Shown: positions 48,458-57,883 of the stretch, piece after piece
Layout: the number at the start of each line of letters is the position of its first letter
Numbering within the stretch: the stretch's first letter is position 1
Origin: Calditerrivibrio nitroreducens
GTDB lineage: Bacteria > Chrysiogenota > Deferribacteres > Deferribacterales > Calditerrivibrionaceae
DNA length: 57,883 bases
Reading direction: 5' to 3'
Assembly (NCBI GenBank): GCA_002878065.1
Contig: PNIN01000051.1
Location: 1 to 57,883 of the forward strand
The notes under the pieces: model-generated
Databases searched by the model: none
The model's input: only the letters and a program-made list of their open reading frames with translations
Told to the model about the DNA's origin: nothing
Program-made: the position numbers and the translations under genes

Positions 48458-50140
48458 ATGAATGATGTCAGAGATATAATTTTAGATAGAATAGATATTG
48501 CAGATTATATATCCCAGTATGTAGATCTAAAAAGATATGGTAGTTATTACAAGGGGTTATGTCCTTTTCATAATGAAAAAACACCATCTTTTATAGTGAC
48601 TCCATCCAAGAGATTGTTCCACTGTTTTGGCTGTGGTGCGGCAGGAAATCTGATTACTTTTGTTATGAAATACAACAACTTAAGTTATGTTGATGCGTTA
48701 AGAATGCTTGCCGCAAAAGCCGGAATCGATTTTGAAAAAACAGAAAAGGTTGATAAATCTTTGGTATTTTTAAAGCAACTTCATCTGGATATCCAACTCC
48801 TATCACAAAAATATCTCTTTGAAGAACCTGGAAAATTTTGTCTTGAATATGTCTTAAAAAGGGGATTTTCTGAGTTAGAGATAACTGAATTTGGGCTTGG
48901 GATAATACCTAAAGGGTTTAACCTTGATTCCATTTTAAAAAAATATAGCATTGATGTGATTAAAAAATCTGGACTTTTCTATTATAGAGATGGTAAAAAT
49001 ATTTTTAAGATGGCTGGAAGACTTTTATTCCCCATAAAAGATCAGTTTGGTGAGGTGATAGCCTTTTCCGGAAGAGATTTAGTTGGTGAAGATCCCAAAT
49101 ATATAAATTCTCCTGAGACTCCGATATTTAAAAAAGGGTCGCTTTTATACAATCTGGACAAAGCAAAAGAATTTGCCTTATCCCAGAAAAGTCTATTTGT
49201 GGTGGAAGGGTATTTTGATGTTATCCGGATGTGGAGTAAGGGTTATAAAAATGTTGTATCTTCGATGGGGACAGCGTTTACTATTGAACAGGCTATGCTA
49301 ATAAAGAGATATGCCGAAAACCCGATTGTTGTCTTTGATGGGGATCAGGCGGGGATAAATGCTGCCTATAGGACTATAGAACCTTTTGTGGCAATAAATA
49401 CAATACCTGAGGTTGTTTTTTTGCCAAAAGGGGAAGATCCTGATAGCTTGCTATTGAAAGATAAAGAGATATTTGATGATTGTATTTCAAAGAGGAAAGA
49501 TCTTTTGATACTTATGGCGGAAATTTATTCTAAAAAAGAGGGATCTCTGTCTGTCAGAGCCTCAAATTTCAAATCTCTTATTAAAAAACTGGATAATTTT
49601 CCGGAAGCAAATCTAAAAAACATCTATCTTACTAAGATTAAAGATATTTTTAATATAGATTTTGAAATTATATATAAAAATAAGAACATAAAAAAATTGC
49701 AAAATAACCAAAAAAGTATAAAATATATTTATGAGGATGATTTTCTCTCTGCCCTTATGCAAATAAATGATGAAGAAGTTGTATCCGGTGTTATAGATGG
49801 AATAGAAAAAGAATACTTTCTTCAAGACGATAGACGGCGAATTTTTGAAAAGATTGTTGACAATTTGAATAATTCTGGTAATATTGATGCCCTTTTCAAC
49901 GACGATGAGGTGGGTGAGTTGATCAGCTATCTTGTATCGTGTAGAGTTTTTGAAGAGCCTTACAAGGTGGCTATAATTAACAAAGAGAAGCTCATATATA
50001 ATTACAAGTCTAATGAAATAAAAAAGCTACGTGATGAATTATCAAAATCTGCCGGTGATACTTCAAAGTCGTTGGACATTCTTAAGAAGATAGATAAGCT
50101 AACAAAAGATTTAAGTAAATACAACATATTGGAGGCATGA
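48458..50140 (+). CDS. dnaG: DNA primase
   Basis: CPFHNEKTPSF..CFGC, KYINSPET, VEGYFD, FDGDQAG; start placed at MNDVRD. Confidence 0.96.
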   Translation: MNDVRDIILDRIDIADYISQYVDLKRYGSYYKGLCPFHNEKTPSFIVTPSKRLFHCFGCGAAGNLITFVMKYNNLSYVDALRMLAAKAGIDFEKTEKVDKSLVFLKQLHLDIQLLSQKYLFEEPGKFCLEYVLKRGFSELEITEFGLGIIPKGFNLDSILKKYSIDVIKKSGLFYYRDGKNIFKMAGRLLFPIKDQFGEVIAFSGRDLVGEDPKYINSPETPIFKKGSLLYNLDKAKEFALSQKSLFVVEGYFDVIRMWSKGYKNVVSSMGTAFTIEQAMLIKRYAENPIVVFDGDQAGINAAYRTIEPFVAINTIPEVVFLPKGEDPDSLLLKDKEIFDDCISKRKDLLILMAEIYSKKEGSLSVRASNFKSLIKKLDNFPEANLKNIYLTKIKDIFNIDFEIIYKNKNIKKLQNNQKSIKYIYEDDFLSALMQINDEEVVSGVIDGIEKEYFLQDDRRRIFEKIVDNLNNSGNIDALFNDDEVGELISYLVSCRVFEEPYKVAIINKEKLIYNYKSNEIKKLRDELSKSAGDTSKSLDILKKIDKLTKDLSKYNILEA

Positions 50141-51949
50141 TTGATGTCTAAGAAAGTTAAGCTGCCTGATTTAAAACCTCTTATTGCTTTAGGGAAGGAA
50201 AAAGGTTTTCTTACATTTGATGAGATCAATGAGATGATTCCTGAAGATGTACTTTTACCCGATATACTTGAGGAGATTTTGGTCAGGTTAAAACAGCTTA
50301 AAATAGATGTTATTGATAATAGAAATTCCGCTGCTCCTGTGATAGCTGCTCCGATCATTGAAGAGGAGGAGGTGGAGCTTGATGATTTGGAGTCAGAAGA
50401 GATTATAATTGACGAAAATCTCGAAGAGGGGCTTTCGTTTGATGATCCGGTTAAACTTTATCTAAGGGAGATGGGGAATATTCCTCTTCTGAGTAGAGAG
50501 GAAGAGACGGAGGTTGCTAAAGAGATTGAAAATGGCCAAAGGGAAGTTATTATTAATACTCTATCATTTATCTATGCAGCTGAAAAGTTTTTGACTATAG
50601 TTGAAGATATCAAAAATGGTAATTTTAAGCTTAAAGATTTGGTGGATTTTGAAGATATAAATGTGGAAGATGAGATCGATATTGATGAAGTGGACGAGGA
50701 AGAGTTAAAGAGATTAAAAGATGAAAGGGATCTAAAAATTAGAGATGAATACCTATCCATTCTTGATGATACATGTTTAAAGATCTCTGAGGCCATTAAG
50801 ACGTGCAAAAAGATCCGCACGATGAAAAAACAGGAAAGGATAGAAGCAACAAAAAAACAGATGATTGAAATTTTAGACGACGTTGCAAGGCAGCTCTTAA
50901 AGATAAAAGTGAATTATTCACTGATATGCAACCTTGCCAAAGAGATTTCTACTACGTATGAGGAGCTTAATCAGTATGAAAAAGATCTCAAAAAGATTGC
51001 CGATATATTTAAATACAGAGAAGAGAATATAGATTATATCCATTTAGATCCTAAAAAGCTTGAGGCTTGTGAAGTTAGACATCTTTCCCAAAGGGATATC
51101 CAGAATCTCATAGCAAAATTTAAAAGCATACAACTAAAAGCCCAAAAAAATATAAAACTTTTGGGTTATAGCCGTAGTGAATTGGACGCCTTACATGAAA
51201 TGTTAACAAACAATATGACAAAGACCGAGCTGTATAAAACAAAGCTTATACAGTCAAACTTAAGACTTGTGGTAAGCATTGCAAAGAAATATACGAATAG
51301 GGGGCTGCAGTTTTTGGATCTCATTCAGGAAGGGAATATTGGTCTTATGAAGGCTGTTGAGAAATTTGAATATCAGAGGGGTTATAAATTTTCTACATAT
51401 GCCACCTGGTGGATCAGACAGGCAATTACAAGGGCCATTGCAGACCAGGCCAGAACCATTAGAATTCCTGTTCACATGATAGAGACCATAAATAAAATGA
51501 TGAAGATATCAAGACAGCTGCAGGTGGATCTTGGCAGGGAGCCCACGCCTGAAGAGATATCTGAAAAGATGGATGTACCTGTGGAAAAGGTAAAAAAAGT
51601 TCTTAGAATTGCCAAAGAACCGGTATCACTTGAAACACCCATTGGGGAAGATGAGGATAGCTCTTTGGGTGATTTTATTGAAGATAAAAAATCAAGGAAT
51701 CCACTTGATGAGGTTGTATATCTTAAATTGAGTGAACATACAAAACAGATACTAGACACCCTCTCACCAAGGGAGGCTTCTGTGTTGAGGCTTCGTTTTG
51801 GTATAGATTGTTCATCTGATCATACGCTTGAAGAAGTGGGGAAAAAGTTTAACGTCACTAGAGAGCGTATAAGACAGATTGAGGCTAAAGCCCTCAGAAA
51901 ATTAAGACATCCCACAAGAAGTAGAATTCTAAAAACCTTTGGAGAATAA
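50141..51949 (+). CDS. rpoD: RNA polymerase sigma-70 factor
   Basis: [46 protein letters not shown]. Confidence 0.98.
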   Translation: MMSKKVKLPDLKPLIALGKEKGFLTFDEINEMIPEDVLLPDILEEILVRLKQLKIDVIDNRNSAAPVIAAPIIEEEEVELDDLESEEIIIDENLEEGLSFDDPVKLYLREMGNIPLLSREEETEVAKEIENGQREVIINTLSFIYAAEKFLTIVEDIKNGNFKLKDLVDFEDINVEDEIDIDEVDEEELKRLKDERDLKIRDEYLSILDDTCLKISEAIKTCKKIRTMKKQERIEATKKQMIEILDDVARQLLKIKVNYSLICNLAKEISTTYEELNQYEKDLKKIADIFKYREENIDYIHLDPKKLEACEVRHLSQRDIQNLIAKFKSIQLKAQKNIKLLGYSRSELDALHEMLTNNMTKTELYKTKLIQSNLRLVVSIAKKYTNRGLQFLDLIQEGNIGLMKAVEKFEYQRGYKFSTYATWWIRQAITRAIADQARTIRIPVHMIETINKMMKISRQLQVDLGREPTPEEISEKMDVPVEKVKKVLRIAKEPVSLETPIGEDEDSSLGDFIEDKKSRNPLDEVVYLKLSEHTKQILDTLSPREASVLRLRFGIDCSSDHTLEEVGKKFNVTRERIRQIEAKALRKLRHPTRSRILKTFGE

Positions 51950-51950
51950 T

Positions 51951-53054
51951 ATGTTTGGTTTTGAAGAGAAGCTGGCAAGACTTGTTTGTGACTATAGCCT
52001 TCAGATAAAAGAAGGTGATGTTGTGGAGATAAGGGGTGAAAGCTGCGCTGAACCCTTTATAAAAGTATTGTATAAATATATCTTAATGAAGAAGGCTTAC
52101 CCTCTTCTTAGAATGAGCTTTAATGAGCAGCTTTACACATTTTATAAATACGCCGATAAAAGTATATTGGAGATGCTACCAGAAATAATGCTTACAACAT
52201 CCAAGACGCTGAATGCTGTTATCCATATCGATTCTGAAGCAAATACCAAACAATTGAGTAATGTGGACCCTACAAAGGTAGCTATCCACAAAAAAACCAC
52301 CAAAGTATTAAAAGATATAATGTTTGAAAGGGAAGCCAGAGGGGAATTTAGATGGGTAATTGCCCCTTATCCAACATATGCAATGGCTCAGGATGCAGAG
52401 ATGAGTCTTGATGATTATGCTGACTTTATAAAGATGGCCTGTAAGTTGGATGAGGAAGATCCGGTGGAAGCCTGGAAAGAGGTTGACAGTATACAGAAGA
52501 AGATAGTTGAACTTATGTCTGATACCGTTGAGCTAAGAATCATTGGTGAAAAAACCGATTTTGTATTAAGAACCGAAGGTAGAAAATGGATAAATTGCAG
52601 CGGAAGACACAATCTACCAGATGGAGAGGTATTTACAAGTCCAGTTGAGGATAGTGCAAATGGTGAGATATATTTTGATATCCCAACTTCATTTATGGGG
52701 GTGGAAGTTTCTGGTGTATATCTTAAATTTGAAAAGGGTAAAGTTGTAAAAGCCAGCGCCGAAAAAGGTGATCAGTTTTTGCAGAAGATGTTGGATACAG
52801 ATGAAGGCTCAAGATATGTGGGGGAGATAGCTTTTGGTTTAAATGAGTCGATAACATTCCCCAGTAAAAATATACTGTTTGATGAAAAAATAGGTAAGTC
52901 AATACATCTTGCCATTGGCTCTTCTTATCCTGAGGCTGGTGGGAAAAATCAGTCGGGTTTGCATTGGGATCTGATAAAGAGTATGAAACATGGTGGGGAA
53001 GTTTATAAAAATGGTAAACTTATATATAAAGACGGTAATTTTTTAGATGTCTGA
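51951..53054 (+). CDS. Aminopeptidase, M29 (AmpS/AmpT) family
   Basis: NLPDGEVFT, GEIAFG, LFDEKI..HLAIG, HWD. Confidence 0.92.
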   Translation: MFGFEEKLARLVCDYSLQIKEGDVVEIRGESCAEPFIKVLYKYILMKKAYPLLRMSFNEQLYTFYKYADKSILEMLPEIMLTTSKTLNAVIHIDSEANTKQLSNVDPTKVAIHKKTTKVLKDIMFEREARGEFRWVIAPYPTYAMAQDAEMSLDDYADFIKMACKLDEEDPVEAWKEVDSIQKKIVELMSDTVELRIIGEKTDFVLRTEGRKWINCSGRHNLPDGEVFTSPVEDSANGEIYFDIPTSFMGVEVSGVYLKFEKGKVVKASAEKGDQFLQKMLDTDEGSRYVGEIAFGLNESITFPSKNILFDEKIGKSIHLAIGSSYPEAGGKNQSGLHWDLIKSMKHGGEVYKNGKLIYKDGNFLDV

Positions 53055-54129
53055 ATCTTTTTTCTTCCATAGCCCGGTTAAGGTTTTTGTTGAAAAAGAT
53101 CCTTACGAAGTATTATCCGATTTTCTATCGGATTCCTGTCGTATAGGGGTTGTGTCCGGTAAAGTGGCAATTTTAAAAACTGGCTTTAAGGAATTTCTTT
53201 TAAAAAGATTTCCAGATAAAGAGTTCTTTTTTTATGATGATATTAGTGAAAATCCTAGGATCAATGAAGTTATCAAAGGTGGTAGATTTTTAAGGGATTC
53301 AAAGGTTGAGAAAGTTATTGCTTTTGGTGGTGGAAGTGCACTGGATGCAGGTAAAGCCTGCTCCATCTTTGCCACAAATAATAGGCCCTTTTATGAGCTT
53401 ATGGCTGACAATAACTATGAAAAACCTATACCGCTTCTTGCAGTACCCACCACCTGTGGTACAGGTTCTGAAATGAATCATTACAGTATAATAACAGATC
53501 TTGAAAAAATGGATAAAGTGAATTTCAAGAAGCCGGATCTTTTTCCTAAGTATGCTATGTTGTGGTCGGAATATTTAAAATCGTTGGATGAGACATTATT
53601 GTTATGGACAGTTTACGATGCTTTCAGCCATGCAATGGAAGGGTATCTTTCCAAAAGATCAAATCCATTCTCAGATATTCTTGCTATTGAGGCTATGAGG
53701 CTTATCCTGACTAACCTTAAGAGCTATTCAAACTCAAAAAAGTTGAATCTAAGCAAGCTTCTATTTGCATCTTCCCTTTCTGGTGCTGTTATCTTGCATA
53801 CAGGGACCACGATACTACACGCTCTTGGGTATTATCTTACCAACGTACATGGGATTCAACATGGTCTTGCCAATGCGTTGCTTATCCCTCGATATTTGAT
53901 GATGTGTGAGGGTAAAGGTGTTGAAAAGATAGATGTAATAAGAAATATAGAAAAAGAGCTTCATTTTTCTATCGTCGATTCAATCAAAGACGTTTTGGGG
54001 GACAGGCTAATAAAGCTTCTCTCTGGTGTTGATACAGAAAAAATGGTGGATTATGCTTCGAATAAGCCGAACAGTTTATCTACTCCGTTTGTTGTAACAA
54101 AAGATTATATTCTAAGGCATTTTTCCTGA
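53047..54129 (+). CDS. Iron-containing alcohol dehydrogenase
   Basis: FGGGSALDAGK, PTTCGTGSE, DAFSHAME, HALGY, HGLAN. Confidence 0.92.
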   Translation: MSESFFFHSPVKVFVEKDPYEVLSDFLSDSCRIGVVSGKVAILKTGFKEFLLKRFPDKEFFFYDDISENPRINEVIKGGRFLRDSKVEKVIAFGGGSALDAGKACSIFATNNRPFYELMADNNYEKPIPLLAVPTTCGTGSEMNHYSIITDLEKMDKVNFKKPDLFPKYAMLWSEYLKSLDETLLLWTVYDAFSHAMEGYLSKRSNPFSDILAIEAMRLILTNLKSYSNSKKLNLSKLLFASSLSGAVILHTGTTILHALGYYLTNVHGIQHGLANALLIPRYLMMCEGKGVEKIDVIRNIEKELHFSIVDSIKDVLGDRLIKLLSGVDTEKMVDYASNKPNSLSTPFVVTKDYILRHFS

Positions 54130-54700
54130 TTTTAGAGTATCTTTCTATTATTGTTTTTACATAGTATTCCGTTTCGCCGATTCTTGGAATGGCCATAACC
54201 TTTGACACCTTAGTTGGTCCAGCATTATACGCAGATAAGGCTAGATCGAGCCTTTTGAATCGTTTGACCTGCAGGGATAGATATTTAATTCCGGCTTCAA
54301 GATTTTGGTCAATGTCAAAAGGTTTGTCAAAACCCATTTCAAAAAAAGTAGTTGGCATTACCTGCATTAATCCCACAGCACCAGTTCTTGAAATGGCATA
54401 TTTTTTATATTTTGATTCCACTTCGATTACAATCTTTACCAATTCGGGATCTATTTTGTATTTTTTTGATAACTGGTGTATCTTCTTATTTAGTTCATCA
54501 TAAGATGGTAACGGAATCAAAACCCCAGTTTCAAAAACGATGTAATGAAGTAGATGGAAAACACTAATTGTTCTTGATTTTATAAAAAAAGGATTTATAA
54601 TTGATTTTGGGTTTAGTGTCGTGAAAAAAGTGATGGTATTTATAAAAATAACATGAACTATAAATGTATACAGTATTAACTTGTAAATTTTGGTTACCAT
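54080..54700 (-). CDS. SLT lytic transglycosylase
   Basis: IEVES, GAVGLMQVMP, AYNAG, ETEYYV. Confidence 0.9.
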   Translation of the reverse strand: MVTKIYKLILYTFIVHVIFINTITFFTTLNPKSIINPFFIKSRTISVFHLLHYIVFETGVLIPLPSYDELNKKIHQLSKKYKIDPELVKIVIEVESKYKKYAISRTGAVGLMQVMPTTFFEMGFDKPFDIDQNLEAGIKYLSLQVKRFKRLDLALSAYNAGPTKVSKVMAIPRIGETEYYVKTIIERYSKIRKNALEYNLLLQQTE

Positions 54701-54756
54701 TTGATAAGTATTTCATAAATTATTTTTATAGTCAATAATATTTGTGGGAGTTTTTG

Positions 54757-55614
54757 ATGAAAATATGCGATAAGTTGAATATTAAGAAAAGAGTTTTGTC
54801 CTTTGAATTTTTCCCCCCCAAAAAAGTGGAGAATGAACATATATTATTTGAAACCTTAGATGAACTAACAAATTTTAATCCAGATTTTGTGTCAATTACG
54901 TATGGTGCTGGGGGGAGTACCAAGGATAAAACCTTAGAATGGACGTTAAAGATAAAAAATGATTACAAACTCACAGTGATGATGCATCTTACATGCATTA
55001 CTTCTGATAAAGAAGAAATAGATGAATTGTTGGATAATCTCAAAAAAAACGGCATAGAAAATATTTTAGCACTCAGGGGAGATATTCCTAAGGATGGCTT
55101 GAATTACCATATTAGCAATGATTTTAAGTATGCTTCAGATCTAGTTAGTTTTATAAAACAGAAAGATTTTTGTATAGGGGTTGCGGGTTATCCGGAGGGG
55201 CACCTGGAGGCCAATAGTATCGAAGAGGATATCTTGAATTTGAAAAAAAAGATTGAAGCTGGTGGAGATTTCATCATAACCCAATTATTTTTTGATAATA
55301 GATTATTTTACAAATATCTTGAATTGCTTGCTAAAAACGATATAAATACACATGTCCTGGCGGGAATAATGCCTATAACTTCATTTGCACAGGTGGATAA
55401 ATTTAAAAAGATGTGCGGTGTTTATATCCCTGAGGAGTTTATCAATCGAATTACAGATAAGGATGACGATTATGTTTTCAATGCCGGACTGGAATATACC
55501 ATAAAGCAGTGTGAAGATCTTTTGTCGAATGGTGTCAAAGGATTGCATTTTTATACACTTAATAGGTCTGAAGCTACTAAAAAGATTTTAAACAATCTAA
55601 AATATGAAGTATAA
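54757..55614 (+). CDS. metF: 5,10-methylenetetrahydrofolate reductase
   Basis: SFEFFPPK, TYGAGG, ALRGD, YPEGH, ITQLFF, HFYTLN. Confidence 0.96.
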   Translation: MKICDKLNIKKRVLSFEFFPPKKVENEHILFETLDELTNFNPDFVSITYGAGGSTKDKTLEWTLKIKNDYKLTVMMHLTCITSDKEEIDELLDNLKKNGIENILALRGDIPKDGLNYHISNDFKYASDLVSFIKQKDFCIGVAGYPEGHLEANSIEEDILNLKKKIEAGGDFIITQLFFDNRLFYKYLELLAKNDINTHVLAGIMPITSFAQVDKFKKMCGVYIPEEFINRITDKDDDYVFNAGLEYTIKQCEDLLSNGVKGLHFYTLNRSEATKKILNNLKYEV

Positions 55615-56239
55615 TAGGGCATTGCTTTTTCCTACTTTAAAAGAGGCTTCATACGTTTTTAAAAAACCTTTTATAGAACAGAATGGTATCTTAACATTTT
55701 CTACGGCTAATACCGCTGTATTCATAGTGGGGGTGGGGAAAAGTTTATCTGCTTTAAATAGTTTCAAGCTTTTTCAGAACGATGTTGCCAGGTGCTATTT
55801 TTTAATGGGGATATGTGGTGCATATAGAAATTCTGGTTTGAATATCGGAGATGTTGTCACGATCTTTGAAGATTACTTTGCTGATGAGGGGGTGTTTTTA
55901 GGTGAAAAAATTTTAGGTACAGACGAAATCGGTTTTTCTATATGCGAAAAAAATAGAGTCTTTTTCGATATATGGGATAACCTTAAGATTGTCAACAGTA
56001 ACACAGTGTCCCTTTGTAGTGGTATCAATTTTTACTCAGATCTTTTACGCAGCAGGACAAATGCAGATGTTGAAACTATGGAAGGGGCTTCGGTGGGGCT
56101 TGCTGCTAAAAAATTTAATAAACAAATTTACCATATCAGGGCTGTTTCCAACTACACCGGAGATAGGAAAGATCAGGAATGGAACTTTAAGCTGGCAATG
56201 GATAATTTAAGTAGTTTCATTTACAGGGAATTACTATGA
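55604..56239 (+). CDS. mqnB: Futalosine hydrolase
   Basis: GVGK, GICGAY, ADEG, ETMEGA, IRAVSNYTGDRKDQEW. Confidence 0.8.
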   Translation: MKYNRALLFPTLKEASYVFKKPFIEQNGILTFSTANTAVFIVGVGKSLSALNSFKLFQNDVARCYFLMGICGAYRNSGLNIGDVVTIFEDYFADEGVFLGEKILGTDEIGFSICEKNRVFFDIWDNLKIVNSNTVSLCSGINFYSDLLRSRTNADVETMEGASVGLAAKKFNKQIYHIRAVSNYTGDRKDQEWNFKLAMDNLSSFIYRELL

Positions 56240-56670
56240 GAAAAATTTTATGTTTACTTTTATTCTTCATGAGTAGTTTTGCTTATCCCTACTGTTTTGA
56301 TGAGGCTGAGAAAATCTATAATGTCAATAAAGAGCTTTTGATAGCCATCGCAAAGGTGGAAAGTAATATGAGACCAGATGCCATAAACTGGAACAGAAAT
56401 GGTACCTTTGATTATGGAGTGATGCAGATAAATAGTGCGTGGTATTATGAACTTGGGGAAGAGAAATGGCATAAACTTGCAGACCCCTGTGAAAACGTTA
56501 AGACCGGAGCTATGATTTTATCAAAGTGTATAAAAAAGTATGGGTTTAACTGGAAAGCTGTGGATTGCTACAATAAAGGTTCAAAGGCGAGTGATTTTAG
56601 TAGTTATGTATTAAAGGTGTATAAAAAGCTCGTGGCTTCCCCTAAGAATAAAAAGGGGATTGATCAGTAA
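56236..56670 (+). CDS. Small lytic transglycosylase (IagB-like SLT)
   Basis: LIAIAKVES, DYGVMQINS, DPCENV..GA, CYN. Confidence 0.88.
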   Translation: MRKILCLLLFFMSSFAYPYCFDEAEKIYNVNKELLIAIAKVESNMRPDAINWNRNGTFDYGVMQINSAWYYELGEEKWHKLADPCENVKTGAMILSKCIKKYGFNWKAVDCYNKGSKASDFSSYVLKVYKKLVASPKNKKGIDQ

Positions 56671-57281
56671 TCTTTTGTTTTGGTTTTTAATATTATTTTA
56701 TAAATTTTCAAACAGATCCAGGCATCTGTGGCAGCATAAAGCATCTGTTTTGGTGAGAGGGGATATTTATCCCAATTCGATGTCTGGGATGATTTAATTA
56801 TTCTTTTGTTTAAAAAGTAAGCTGACAAAAATCTCAGATTTGTCCTTGGAAGATTCATCTGTTTTGCTATAAATTGCAAGTCCACAAATGAATTTTTTAA
56901 TATCTCAATATTGGAGATTTCATTGATCTTTTTGATGTCATCGGCTATTCCTGCACCAATTTTGGTTATCTCAGGATTATTGAGGTATTTAATGATTATA
57001 CTTTTGTCTTTAATTTGTTTTAAATGGAAAAGAAATGCTTTATTTTCAGTTGCGATCTGTATGAGGGATAGATGATTTTTGATATTCTTCTTAAAAGATG
57101 GTTTGGTTTCTGTATCAAACCCCACTAATTCGTCGTTAGGTAGTTTGATGTTTTTTAGTTTCTCATCGCTATCGATATATAAAATCTCACCTTCAAAAGA
57201 TATTACTTCTAAGTTGTTTATATCTTCAGTTGAAAGCAGATTGTAATGATTATCTGCTTGCAGTTGTGAAATCAGGGTCAT
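56664..57281 (-). CDS. 3'-5' exonuclease (DEDDy, WRN/RNase D-like)
   Basis: VGFDTETKP, LIQIAT, SNW..LS..QMLYAATDA. Confidence 0.9.
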   Translation of the reverse strand: MTLISQLQADNHYNLLSTEDINNLEVISFEGEILYIDSDEKLKNIKLPNDELVGFDTETKPSFKKNIKNHLSLIQIATENKAFLFHLKQIKDKSIIIKYLNNPEITKIGAGIADDIKKINEISNIEILKNSFVDLQFIAKQMNLPRTNLRFLSAYFLNKRIIKSSQTSNWDKYPLSPKQMLYAATDAWICLKIYKIILKTKTKDY

Positions 57282-57883
57282 TTAGATAAGTTTTGGCTCC
57301 CACATATCTTTTTTTGTAGTATGGTAGTTCAAGAGATTCCACCCTTACTTTTTGCCCAACTCTGGGGGCATGTATAAATTTTCGATCACCGATGTAGATA
57401 CCTACGTGTGAAATTGAACGACCATTTATTTTAAAAAATACCAGATCTCCTCTTTGCAGGTCATCCTTAATGGAATAACCTCTTTTATACTGGTCAAGAG
57501 ATGACCTTGGAAGATCTATCCCATTCATTCTGAAAACTGTCTGGACAAAACCGCTGCAGTCGAATCCATCTTCATTATTCCCACCTTTTATATACGGAGT
57601 TCCCAGATAATTAAATGCTGTATTGACAATCTTCTCCCTTAAATCGTTATCATTTTTTGTAATCTTATAGCTATCAGGCGATACTATTAAATATTCATTT
57701 ATTATGCCTTCCTCTTTTAGTTTTTCAGCAGTATATATCGCCGCATCCTGCGTATAGAAATTGCCAAATCTCACCTTATATATATTACCATCTTTATAGT
57801 AATACGGATCCAATCCTTTTTGTGACAGTTTATCCATGAATCGCTGTACATTGTCAAAATCTGAAAAAGCACCCGCTTGAATG
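57250..57883 (-). CDS. SPOR + NlpC/P60 peptidoglycan endopeptidase, 5' end outside window
   Basis: Frame open to window edge (IQAGAF SPOR motif); YLGTPY, GFDCSG, HVGIY, FIHA. Confidence 0.9.
   Translation of the reverse strand, partial: IQAGAFSDFDNVQRFMDKLSQKGLDPYYYKDGNIYKVRFGNFYTQDAAIYTAEKLKEEGIINEYLIVSPDSYKITKNDNDLREKIVNTAFNYLGTPYIKGGNNEDGFDCSGFVQTVFRMNGIDLPRSSLDQYKRGYSIKDDLQRGDLVFFKINGRSISHVGIYIGDRKFIHAPRVGQKVRVESLELPYYKKRYVGAKTYLNDPDFTTASR

Noticed and set aside
964-56472. Many short antisense or nested ORFs in the six-frame track (e.g. 4145-4762, 31228-31662, 42828-43325)
   Set aside because: Shadows of well-supported genes, with Ser/Phe/Ile-rich antisense composition and no motifs

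Overview
AT-rich bacterial chromosomal segment; gene content (mglAB, futalosine mqnB, IscS-IscU-Nfu, many c-di-GMP enzymes) suggests an anaerobe such as a Deferribacterota member (inference). It is mostly housekeeping: greA, xseA, hfq, birA, coaX, rodZ, ktrBA, SAM-I riboswitch-metX, tRNA-Sec, fbp, nfo, rlmE, rng, recR, dnaX, dnaG, rpoD, metF. A decaying accessory patch at ~13.5-18.5 kb holds nuclease, hsdR, FmdE and rhodanese remnants. Best leads: (1) a 28.2-33.3 kb envelope locus (FecR-domain protein, three LPP20-like proteins, a Cys-His-Asp transglutaminase-like protein, an MltC-like transglycosylase) in which three unrelated proteins share an 11-residue FxxF/Y helical repeat; (2) an IscS-like protein lacking the PLP-binding lysine; (3) repeated leaderless promoter-ATG architecture; (4) inverted short-repeat tracts bracketing two dead hsdR genes near an apparent strand-skew switch; (5) a heme-c GGDEF-EAL sensor with a probable ACG start. 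No CRISPR array, rRNA or intact mobile element was seen. All calls come from manual motif recognition; no searches were run.
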